A stretch of 40,378 nt of DNA from Candidatus Saccharimonadota bacterium (GTDB lineage Bacteria > Patescibacteriota > Saccharimonadia > CAILAD01 > BJGX01): NCBI GenBank assembly GCA_013816445.1, contig JACDEK010000001.1, forward strand, positions 1 to 40,378, given 5' to 3'. Numbering within the stretch: the first letter of the stretch is position 1; every line of letters starts with the position of its first letter. Under the pieces are notes generated by a model, which saw only the letters and a program-made list of their open reading frames with translations, had not been told where the DNA came from and searched no databases. Both the position numbers and the translations under genes were made by a program. Of the stretch, positions 24,301-32,099 are shown in pieces.

Positions 24301-24804
24301 GTGCATTTGAGCTAGCTACACAGCTACAATACTACACAAATACACGTAATATGCCTTAGTCGCACAATACTCCAATCGAGAGAGTGCCACAATATACGGG
24401 GGTTATATCCAGTTATGTTATATATACCTATACTGCTATATGGGCTAACAGGTGTAGCTATTGACAAACATACTCATTGTATCGATAGTACACCAAGAGG
24501 GCACTACGTGTATATAGATGTATATAATGATATATATAGTTATATATGATAATGAATAGATAATGATGTTTATATTTATATGTAGAGATAAGAATTCTTT
24601 TATATAGGTGTGGGGGGTATGGGGGTACCTCGCCCAGATGTTGGGTAGATATGTATGTATATATATATATATATTATATCTCTCACACATACACGACTAC
24701 CTAAAAAAATATTAAGAACACAGAACAAAGTTCGTAAGGTATAATACAAAGGAACACAGTTTTACAACTAAGAACTGCTTCATCAGCAGCTAAGAAAGGG
24801 CGGT
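24301..24804. other. 504-bp non-coding AT-rich repeat-laden block between terS and terL (pac/ori candidate)
   Basis: No credible ORF; CACAATA(C/T) x3, ATAATGA x3, a TA-dinucleotide run (24658-24679, one interruption), G-rich GGGGGGTATGGGGGTA. Confidence 0.6.
24737..24745 (+). promoter_or_regulatory. -10 promoter AGGTATAAT upstream of terL
   Basis: Same AGGTATAATA core as at 13038. Confidence 0.4.
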
Positions 24805-26145
24805 ATGACTACACAGAACTCCGACGAACAAAGTTCTTTAGAACAGAGTTCATTAGAACAAAGTTCAATAGATATAACTCTATACACACCTCATGAGAAA
24901 CAAATGGAGGTTCATAACGACACACATCGCTTTAAAGTCCTTAACTGGGGAAGAAGGACTGGTAAGTCAACTCTATCGTGTAACTTAGTTCTAATGGCTG
25001 CTACGCAGGTTGTAGGGCGGTATTGGATAGTAGCCCCAACATATAAGCAGGCTAAAAATATATACTGGTTAGATATAATTCATAACCAGATACCAAAAGA
25101 GCTTATTAAAAAGAAGAACGAGCAGGAGCTTATTGTTCACCTCATAAATGGCAGTATCATAGAGCTTAAAGGTGCAGATAACGAGGATTCCTTACGTGGA
25201 GCAGGCATTAAAGGTCTTATCTTAGATGAGTACGCTTTTATGAAGCCTACCGTATGGGATATTATTTTACGTCCTATGCTTGCAGATTCTCAGGGCTGGG
25301 CAGTATTTATTTCAACACCTGATGGCTTTAATCACTTCCACGAGCTACAGAAATATGCACGAAAAACCGATAAAAAAGACTGGTGGTACTCCCACGCCAC
25401 CACCTACGATAATCCCCATATCCCCAATAAAGAGATAGAGGATATAAAATCAGACACCACAGAAGATCAGTTTGCTCAAGAGTATATGGCAGAGTTTAAA
25501 AAGATGACAGGGCTTGTTTATAAGACCTTTGAAAGTGAAACTCACGTCATACCAGCAAATGAAGTACCTGATCTTAAAAGCTGTACATTAAATCTAGGAA
25601 TAGACTTTGGGTACAATAACCCTACAGGGGTGGTATTTATAGCAATAGATTACGATAACAACTGGTATATATATGACGAGATCTACAAAAGTGAGATGGT
25701 TACAGAACAGCTCTATAATGCTTTAAATGCTAAGATGGGTAACAACTTCTTCACCAATAAGGTGGGGGATAACCAAGCTAAACAAGAGATAGCCAATATA
25801 AATGCTCCTCCATATAATATAGGTGTAGTTCCTTGTCAGAAGGTAGGGGTAGGGGGGAAGTCCAGTATTCAGGGTGGTATCGAACTAATACAGGGTATGT
25901 TAAAAATTCAAGGTAATGGTAAACCAAAGCTCTTTATAAGTGAGAACTGTGAGAATATTATCTATGAATTCGAGACTTATCGGTATCCAGAGAAGAGAGA
26001 TAACGTCAACGCTCCAGAAGATCCTACAAAAGAGAATGATCACTTATTAGATGCTCTTAGGTACTTAAAATTAAAGCTTTACTATGGCACTTCTCAGTTA
26101 AAAGTCTACAAGCCTCAAAACATGCTCAACCGTAAATATCGGTAG
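24805..26145 (+). CDS. terL: Terminase large subunit
   Basis: Walker A NWGRRTGKST, Walker B GLILDEYAF, C-terminal nuclease-type ...ENDHLLDALRY. Confidence 0.9.
   Translation: MTTQNSDEQSSLEQSSLEQSSIDITLYTPHEKQMEVHNDTHRFKVLNWGRRTGKSTLSCNLVLMAATQVVGRYWIVAPTYKQAKNIYWLDIIHNQIPKELIKKKNEQELIVHLINGSIIELKGADNEDSLRGAGIKGLILDEYAFMKPTVWDIILRPMLADSQGWAVFISTPDGFNHFHELQKYARKTDKKDWWYSHATTYDNPHIPNKEIEDIKSDTTEDQFAQEYMAEFKKMTGLVYKTFESETHVIPANEVPDLKSCTLNLGIDFGYNNPTGVVFIAIDYDNNWYIYDEIYKSEMVTEQLYNALNAKMGNNFFTNKVGDNQAKQEIANINAPPYNIGVVPCQKVGVGGKSSIQGGIELIQGMLKIQGNGKPKLFISENCENIIYEFETYRYPEKRDNVNAPEDPTKENDHLLDALRYLKLKLYYGTSQLKVYKPQNMLNRKYR
24826..24870. repeat. 15-bp imperfect tandem repeat x3 encoding EQSSL-EQSSL-EQSSI
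   Basis: gaacaaagttcttta / gaacagagttcatta / gaacaaagttcaata. Confidence 0.85.
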
Positions 26146-26154
26146 TGGTATAAT
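26146..26154 (+). promoter_or_regulatory. Extended -10 promoter TGGTATAAT
   Basis: gtagTGGTATAATATAGT directly after terL stop. Confidence 0.5.
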
Positions 26155-26179
26155 ATAGTCAGAACAATAAGGAGTAATT

Positions 26180-28324
26180 TTGGCTACCAAACCTACAGAT
26201 ACAAACGATAAGAAAACAGAAGAGTCAGACGAAGTTGTTTCTAGAGTCGTAAGAGATTTTGAGACAGCATGGGAGTATACAGAGAGTTCTTACCATGGTA
26301 CTTGGGAAGACTGCTGGAAGCTCTATAATAATATTCGTACTGAAAACGGCAAAGCCTATGACGGTATTACAAATACTTTTGTACCTATGACCTTTTCTAC
26401 AATTGAAACAATGGTTTCTGCTATAGCTGGCGGTAAACCTCGTTTTGGGTATAAGCCTACTAATAAAGATCAAGAGCAAGATACAAAAGTTCTTACAGCC
26501 AAACTTGATTACTTCTGGGACTGTGATAAATGGTCTATTAAAACAATAAATTGGGTACGAAATGTTTTAATGTACGGTACAGGTGTTGTGTACTTATGGT
26601 GGGATATTGATCGCCCTCGTATGATAAATGTACCCCTAAGAGACTTTTTCATAGACCCTACAGCCTCAACCTTAGAAGATGCAGCTTTTGTAGGGAGACG
26701 TTTCCTAACGACCATAGACGAGCTTAAAACGTACGAAGTAGTAGACCCTGAAACTGGTAAGATGATGCCAATGTATAAGAACTTAGACGATATTGAGCTA
26801 AAAGATGGGGAAGCAAGCGATAATACTGGTGATCTTACAGATAAACAAGAAAAAGATATGTGGATGGGATCAACCCTAGCAAATGCTTCAGAGTGCCAGG
26901 TAGAATGTATAGAATACTGGGATCGTGATAAGGATAGAGTATGTGTTGTTGCTAATCGTTCAGTTGAGATTCGTAATGATGAGAACCCTTACAAGGTTCA
27001 AAGCCGTTCAAAGGGCAATAAACAAGCTCAAGGACTGATTCCTTTTATTGCACAGCGAAATTATACTGATGAAGCTCTATTTTATGGTAAAGGTGAAATT
27101 CAACCTATCATACAAGAACAAGAACTACTCAATGATTTAACTAACCAAACTACTGACTCTACTACTTACACTTTAAACCAGATGTACACCCTAGATCCTC
27201 AATATTCAGACTTCATAGAGAGTGTAGAGAATATACCAGGTGCGGTTTATCCTTTTGCAGCAGGCTCACTACAGCCAATCCCTAAAGGTATCGTACCCGC
27301 CGCAGCTTTTAGCCAGATAGCTAATGTAAAACAAGAAATAAGAGAAACAACTTCAGCTTCAGAAGTAGCTAAGGGTGTAGATCAGAGTGTTTCTAACGTA
27401 ACAGCTACTCAAATTCAAGCACAACAACAGTCAGCAGGACAAAGATTCGGTATTAAGCTTACTCAATTCGAAGAAGAAGGTTTCCATGACTTAGGACGAC
27501 TAGTATTCCAAATGATACAGTTATTCACTTCGGACAAACAGCAAGTACGAATGGCTGATGAGAATGGTATCTCTTGGTCTGAGTACGATCCTAAAGCATT
27601 CAAAGGTGACTATGAGCCAGAGGTAGTTCTTGCTTCTACAATAAAAGAAATAAAACAGGCAGATGACCAAAAGTCTGACGCTATATTCCAATCTATGGTT
27701 TCAAACCCCTTAATAGACCAGACTGAACTTACTAAAATGTATCTAATGAAACGATTTGATATAGATCCTGATGAAGTACAGAAACTTCTAGTACAACAAG
27801 AAGGTGCAGGAACTGATATGCCAGGAGTGCCAATGGGTATGGAGTCTGGTGGTCAACTAGGAGTACCAGGCGGAATGCCAGCACCAGATATGGGAGCTAT
27901 GCAACCAGGTATGCCACAGGGTATGCCACCAGGTATGGATATGCCACCAGAAGTTGCACAGCCAGAGATCAAAGGTTCAGACCTTATCAAGCTCTACGAC
28001 CTCACAAGTGGTCAACCAGACTTACAGGCTCAGATTGTACAGATGCTTGGTTTCGAGCCTTCACAGTACCCAGATTTACCTTACACGCAAGTTGTTATTA
28101 AAGGCGACCAAGTGATGATGGACAAAGCCCTCAAAATACAAGAAGCTGAATTAAGTCACGAACGAGCTTTAGCACAGAACCCACAAGCACCAACACCAGA
28201 GGGAATGATGGGTGTAGAAGCTCCAGGAGCTGGAATGAACCCAACTCAAGATCCAGCAATGATGTCACCAGAACAGCTACCTACCCAAGCAGATGTAGCA
28301 GGAGACATGGGCGTTGGACAATAA
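26180..28324 (+). CDS. Portal protein with P/M/G/Q-rich C-terminal extension
   Basis: AAGGAGtaattTTG; 714 aa immediately after terL; N-terminal half portal-like. Confidence 0.75.
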   Translation: MATKPTDTNDKKTEESDEVVSRVVRDFETAWEYTESSYHGTWEDCWKLYNNIRTENGKAYDGITNTFVPMTFSTIETMVSAIAGGKPRFGYKPTNKDQEQDTKVLTAKLDYFWDCDKWSIKTINWVRNVLMYGTGVVYLWWDIDRPRMINVPLRDFFIDPTASTLEDAAFVGRRFLTTIDELKTYEVVDPETGKMMPMYKNLDDIELKDGEASDNTGDLTDKQEKDMWMGSTLANASECQVECIEYWDRDKDRVCVVANRSVEIRNDENPYKVQSRSKGNKQAQGLIPFIAQRNYTDEALFYGKGEIQPIIQEQELLNDLTNQTTDSTTYTLNQMYTLDPQYSDFIESVENIPGAVYPFAAGSLQPIPKGIVPAAAFSQIANVKQEIRETTSASEVAKGVDQSVSNVTATQIQAQQQSAGQRFGIKLTQFEEEGFHDLGRLVFQMIQLFTSDKQQVRMADENGISWSEYDPKAFKGDYEPEVVLASTIKEIKQADDQKSDAIFQSMVSNPLIDQTELTKMYLMKRFDIDPDEVQKLLVQQEGAGTDMPGVPMGMESGGQLGVPGGMPAPDMGAMQPGMPQGMPPGMDMPPEVAQPEIKGSDLIKLYDLTSGQPDLQAQIVQMLGFEPSQYPDLPYTQVVIKGDQVMMDKALKIQEAELSHERALAQNPQAPTPEGMMGVEAPGAGMNPTQDPAMMSPEQLPTQADVAGDMGVGQ

Positions 28325-28523
28325 ATTTCAAGCTTATAAAGAGTTCAGAGATTCAACTTTTGGAAAAGATCTAATAAAGTGGATGGAAGATGAGTATGCT
28401 CGATGTATAAGTGAAGCTACTAAAGAAACTTCAACAGAGGTAGCTTTTGCTTTACTCAAAAAAGCCAGTGGTATAATAGTTGTGAAAGAGCATATTGACA
28501 TAATGGCTAACAACCAAAAATAG
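28314..28523 (+). CDS. Hypothetical protein (69 aa), TTG start
   Basis: Track ORF; overlaps portal stop. Confidence 0.45.
   Translation: MDNKFQAYKEFRDSTFGKDLIKWMEDEYARCISEATKETSTEVAFALLKKASGIIVVKEHIDIMANNQK
28469..28477 (+). promoter_or_regulatory. Extended -10 promoter TGGTATAAT (inside the 69-aa ORF)
   Basis: ccagTGGTATAATAGT, 138 nt upstream of the scaffold ATG. Confidence 0.4.
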
Positions 28524-28533
28524 CTAGTCAAAC

Positions 28534-28588
28534 AGAGTGTAGTAGTTCCTATTCGCCCATAGGGTCTCTACTGCACTCTATTGGGCGA
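28534..28588 (+). promoter_or_regulatory. Structured leader: 12-bp hairpin plus a competing 7-bp pairing
   Basis: AGAGTGTAGTAG (28534-45) pairs with CTACTGCACTCT (28568-79). TCGCCCA (28553-59) can pair instead with TGGGCGA (28582-88). Confidence 0.4.
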
Positions 28589-28614
28589 GCAATTTAATTT
28601 TAAGAGGAGGTTCT

Positions 28615-29424
28615 ATGGATGAACAAACCATAACCAAATCTGTTGCTCAAGAAGCAACTGGCGAAGTAAATGGAGTACCAGTGGACGATCAGTTCAATGC
28701 GATACCAGATGTTTCACAACCAGATGCTGCAACAGAAGAGGCGGGAAGTCACACCGAAGAACTCGATTCAGGCGATGATTCGGGCGAAGTTGACAACGAA
28801 ATAGCTAACGAGGAAGATTCACAACCAGAAATAGATGAAGATCTCAGTAAATGGGCTAAAGGCAAAGGGCTTGACCTAAACTCTGAATCTGAAGTAAAAC
28901 TGGCGAATATGGCTCGTGAAAGCGAAAAAGCAATGCATAGTGCTAAGGGGGAAGCTAAATCTGTACTTCAAGAAGAAGCACAAAAGATGAACCCTGATCT
29001 AGACCCAAGAGACGAAAGACTCGCAAGTTTAGAAGCAAAAGTAGCAATCAATGATTTCTATAATGCCAATCCAGATGCTCGTGATTATGACGAACAAATG
29101 GGAGAAGCATTATCTAATGACCCAGCGTTACTGGATTATGTGCGATCAACTGGTAATATCAAAGCAGTCTACAGTATTGTAAAATCTGGTACTGCAGTGA
29201 GAGATACCGAATCAGCCAAAAGAGAAGGTGGTCGAGATGCCTTGACACAGTTAGCTAATAAACAGCAAGCAGTGTCACCAAGGGGATCTGCAGTATCAAC
29301 TGCCCCGTCCTCTTCTGCGAAGATTACTCCCCAAAATGTTGACCAACTCATAAGTAAAAACGGACAAAAATGGTTCGAAAAGAATTATGAAGCAATCAAC
29401 AAAGCTTTAGACCCAACATATTAA
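28615..29424 (+). CDS. Scaffolding protein
   Basis: AGAGGAGGttctATG; acidic N-terminus, helical, between portal and capsid genes. Confidence 0.55.
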   Translation: MDEQTITKSVAQEATGEVNGVPVDDQFNAIPDVSQPDAATEEAGSHTEELDSGDDSGEVDNEIANEEDSQPEIDEDLSKWAKGKGLDLNSESEVKLANMARESEKAMHSAKGEAKSVLQEEAQKMNPDLDPRDERLASLEAKVAINDFYNANPDARDYDEQMGEALSNDPALLDYVRSTGNIKAVYSIVKSGTAVRDTESAKREGGRDALTQLANKQQAVSPRGSAVSTAPSSSAKITPQNVDQLISKNGQKWFEKNYEAINKALDPTY

Positions 29425-29458
29425 ACTATAAAGCTTTAGACCCAACATATTAAACTAT
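29401..29458. repeat. 29-bp perfect tandem duplication x2 spanning the scaffold stop codon
   Basis: aaagctttagacccaacatattaaactat at 29401-29429 and again at 29430-29458. Confidence 0.95.
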
Positions 29459-29475
29459 AATTAAAGGAGGCTATT

Positions 29476-30342
29476 ATGCCATCAGGTGCTTACGGATCAT
29501 CCAACGCTGTATCAGCAACACCAGCAGCAGTATTTCGTCCTAACGTATGGTCTAACGAAGTTCTTATGTTCGTCAAAAAGAACCTCGTTCTAGTACCACT
29601 AGTTCGTCATTACGATGCAGAAGTATCAAGTTACGGTCAGACTGTAGAAATTCCTAACGTTTCTACAATCGGTGCAGCTCTTAAAGTTGCCAACACAGGC
29701 GTGACTATTAACTACAACACAGAAACTAAAACAACTATCACATTAAACCAACACTACGAAAGTTCTTTCTTACTAGAAGACTTCGTTAAAATCCAGTCTA
29801 AGTATGATCTACGATCTGCTTACACAATGGCTGCAGCTTACGCTATAGCTGAAAAGATTGATGGTTTCATCGCTACTAACATGTCTACCTCATTCACCTC
29901 TTATGGTGCATTTGGTACTGTAATAGCAGATAGCCTAATCTTAATTGCTAACCGTTATCTTGACGATGCTAAAGCTCCACAGACTGATCGATCACTTGTT
30001 GTAACCCCACAAGGTAAACAAGAAATGCTAAATATCGATAAATATATTCGATACGATGCAATCGGAATCGGTGGAGACCGAAACAGCATCTTGACAGGAC
30101 AAATTGGTGAAATCTACGGAGTTAAAGTATTCATGAGTCAGAACCTTGTTCAGCTCGCTACTACAACACCACAGAACAACCACTTGTTCTTCCATAAAGA
30201 TGCTTTCGCAGTTGCTATCCAACAGCAATCTCGTACTCAGACCCAATACAAACAAGAATATCTTGCTTGGTTGGTAACAGTCGATATGCTATGGGGTGGT
30301 ACTGTACTACGACCAGCATTCGGTTTCAATCTTAAGTCATAA
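29476..30342 (+). CDS. Major capsid protein (HK97-fold, small podovirus type)
   Basis: AAGGAGGctattATG; 288 aa; position after scaffold; strong terminator downstream; motif pattern VWSNEVL...GQTVEIPN...AAAYAIAEKIDGF. Confidence 0.75.
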   Translation: MPSGAYGSSNAVSATPAAVFRPNVWSNEVLMFVKKNLVLVPLVRHYDAEVSSYGQTVEIPNVSTIGAALKVANTGVTINYNTETKTTITLNQHYESSFLLEDFVKIQSKYDLRSAYTMAAAYAIAEKIDGFIATNMSTSFTSYGAFGTVIADSLILIANRYLDDAKAPQTDRSLVVTPQGKQEMLNIDKYIRYDAIGIGGDRNSILTGQIGEIYGVKVFMSQNLVQLATTTPQNNHLFFHKDAFAVAIQQQSRTQTQYKQEYLAWLVTVDMLWGGTVLRPAFGFNLKS

Positions 30343-30365
30343 GACTAAGATAAAAACTACAGATT

Positions 30366-30389
30366 AGGACTCTTCGGAGTCCTTTTTTG
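30366..30389 (+). terminator. Rho-independent terminator after the capsid gene
   Basis: AGGACTC-ttcg-GAGTCCT followed by TTTTT. Confidence 0.85.
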
Positions 30390-30392
30390 TAG

Positions 30393-30401
30393 TGGTACAA
30401 T
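30393..30401 (+). promoter_or_regulatory. Extended -10 promoter TGGTACAAT
   Basis: tagTGGTACAAT immediately after the terminator. Confidence 0.45.
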
Positions 30402-30423
30402 TATAAGATAACAAGGAGATATT

Positions 30424-30624
30424 ATGCCAGCAACAATTATTTCAAGAGATACAGACACAGCAGAAAAGGTTCAAGATGAAGTTAGAAATTTACCAGCTAA
30501 CCAAGGGAAGAATGATCACGCTATGTGGCTTTTAATACATGCAGAAATAGCTACAAGTATAGCGGCTAATAAGTTAGTTCGAAATACTACATATATCCCA
30601 GCAAACAAGCACGGTGCGAAATAG
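30424..30624 (+). CDS. Hypothetical protein (66 aa)
   Basis: AAGGAGatattATG. Confidence 0.6.
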   Translation: MPATIISRDTDTAEKVQDEVRNLPANQGKNDHAMWLLIHAEIATSIAANKLVRNTTYIPANKHGAK

Positions 30625-30627
30625 TAT

Positions 30628-30656
30628 TTGACATATCTCCATAAGCGGTTTATTAT
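30628..30656 (+). promoter_or_regulatory. Near-consensus promoter TTGACA-17-TATTAT
   Basis: Counted: -35 at 30628-33, 17-nt spacer, -10 at 30651-56. Confidence 0.6.
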
Positions 30657-30684
30657 TTAGATATAACAACTTAAGGAGGCGAAT

Positions 30685-31020
30685 ATGTTTGATAAGAAAT
30701 ACAAAAGTCCACTAGAATTTGACAAAGCACTAACAAAAGAGCTTGGATTAACAGGGGAACTAAACTCAAGCCTAGATGCAAAACTCGTCTATGTTAAGTC
30801 TCAAATAGAGCAGTTTAAGCAGATGATCATTCGTTATGAGTTTGACATACTGCTCACTAATAATCTAATAAATCATGAAGTAGAAGCTTTCCAAGCTAAA
30901 GGGCGTGAAAACCAATCATCTTTTATAAGCGATGCAAAACAATCAACTGCAGCACTTAAAACTATGATTCAGTTACGAGACGAGCTAGAGGCAGAAAAAG
31001 AAAAAGTAAAGAAGAAGTAG
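30685..31020 (+). CDS. Coiled-coil protein (111 aa)
   Basis: AAGGAGGcgaatATG. Confidence 0.6.
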   Translation: MFDKKYKSPLEFDKALTKELGLTGELNSSLDAKLVYVKSQIEQFKQMIIRYEFDILLTNNLINHEVEAFQAKGRENQSSFISDAKQSTAALKTMIQLRDELEAEKEKVKKK

Positions 31021-31026
31021 GCTAAT

Positions 31027-31821
31027 GTGGGTGATACATTAGCTGTAGTCCTACCAAGTAGGGGACTCTTATTTAGTGAAACTCTAGAGGAGTTGCTAAA
31101 TGAGTTAGAGGGCTTTAAGTACAAAATATTCTGGTCACACGCCAGATCATTACCAGACTGTTTTAATATCCCAACTGAAGAAGCACTGAAAGATCCAAGT
31201 ATCTTTGCAGTGCTTTTTGCTGAAGACGATATGATCTTACCTAAAGGGGTGCTTAAGAAGATGTTTGGTATGAACTACCCAGTAGTAGCCCTAGACTATC
31301 CATTTAGAAATAATGGTGATTCAACTATGTGGCACGACCCAGAGGGATTTGTCTTATGGTCTGGTACAGGGTTCTTACTAGTAGCCAAGCAGGTATTAGA
31401 GAATATGCAGAAACCAATTTGGATAACAAACACCACATGGGATACTATGGTCAAACAAGACCGAGTGTATATATGGCCTCGTAAGCTTACTAAGGTAGCC
31501 TATGGTCTACATGATGTGAACTTTGGTATGACTCTCTACTCACAGGGATTAAGAATAAAGGACGTAGAAATGGAAGGCGGGCAACGTAAACTTCGTAAAT
31601 TAGGCAGAGCTAAAGTAAACAACGGAGCTCACGATATTAAGGAACTTAACAAAATAGGTAGAGATCTTGTAATAAAAACAACTGACCCAAGAAAGATTGC
31701 TATATTCAAGCAGGCTTTAAGTAGGATTAGAAGTATTGAATTATGTGCAGAAGCACCTGACTTCATTGAGTATGTAGATGGGCAAGCTACCGTAAGAGGA
31801 GAAGAACATGAAACAGTCTGA
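31027..31821 (+). CDS. Divergent GT-A-like glycosyltransferase candidate, paralog 1
   Basis: LAVVLPSRGLLFSETLEE...FAEDDMILP (DxD-like)...YGLHDVNFG...GGQRKL...NNGAHDI; about one-third identical by eye to 32085..32951. Confidence 0.45.
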   Translation: MGDTLAVVLPSRGLLFSETLEELLNELEGFKYKIFWSHARSLPDCFNIPTEEALKDPSIFAVLFAEDDMILPKGVLKKMFGMNYPVVALDYPFRNNGDSTMWHDPEGFVLWSGTGFLLVAKQVLENMQKPIWITNTTWDTMVKQDRVYIWPRKLTKVAYGLHDVNFGMTLYSQGLRIKDVEMEGGQRKLRKLGRAKVNNGAHDIKELNKIGRDLVIKTTDPRKIAIFKQALSRIRSIELCAEAPDFIEYVDGQATVRGEEHETV

Positions 31822-31822
31822 T
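31798..31822. repeat. 25-bp direct repeat copy 1 (GGAGAAGAACATGAAACAGTCTGAT)
   Basis: Identical to 32075..32099; contains SD, ATG and the first 5 codons. Confidence 0.95.
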
Positions 31823-32098
31823 ATGAACGAAATAAAGGGTATAGACACTGTAGAGCTTATTGATTTTAGACACCTGAAAGAAGTAACACCTACGTTAATA
31901 ATGATTGCAAGACTTAAGTATACTAGTGCTAAAGGCATACTTCTTAGTGACGCAGTAGCACAGAACATACTCAACCTTGATATGCTCGTAGTAAATGATG
32001 AAAACCATCCTAAATATAACTCTACATACTGTGACATAAAGATTTACGCCGAATTAGACAAAAGGATAACAGATGGAGAAGAACATGAAACAGTCTGA
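31808..32098 (+). CDS. Small cassette-like ORF (96 aa) bracketed by the 25-bp repeats
   Basis: Begins MKQSD like paralog 2 and ends GEEHETV-stop like paralog 1. Confidence 0.5.
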   Translation: MKQSDMNEIKGIDTVELIDFRHLKEVTPTLIMIARLKYTSAKGILLSDAVAQNILNLDMLVVNDENHPKYNSTYCDIKIYAELDKRITDGEEHETV

Positions 32099-32099
32099 T
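32075..32099. repeat. 25-bp direct repeat copy 2
   Basis: Identical to 31798..31822. Confidence 0.95.

Noticed and set aside
24445-24690. 81-aa minus-strand ORF in the terS-terL gap
   Set aside because: Its I/Y/H-rich translation comes from TA-dinucleotide and other AT-rich repeats. It has no SD, so I treat the region as non-coding.
28534-28579. Hairpin as a simple rho-independent terminator
   Set aside because: No U-tract follows the stem and a competing pairing exists. I reported it as a structured leader instead.
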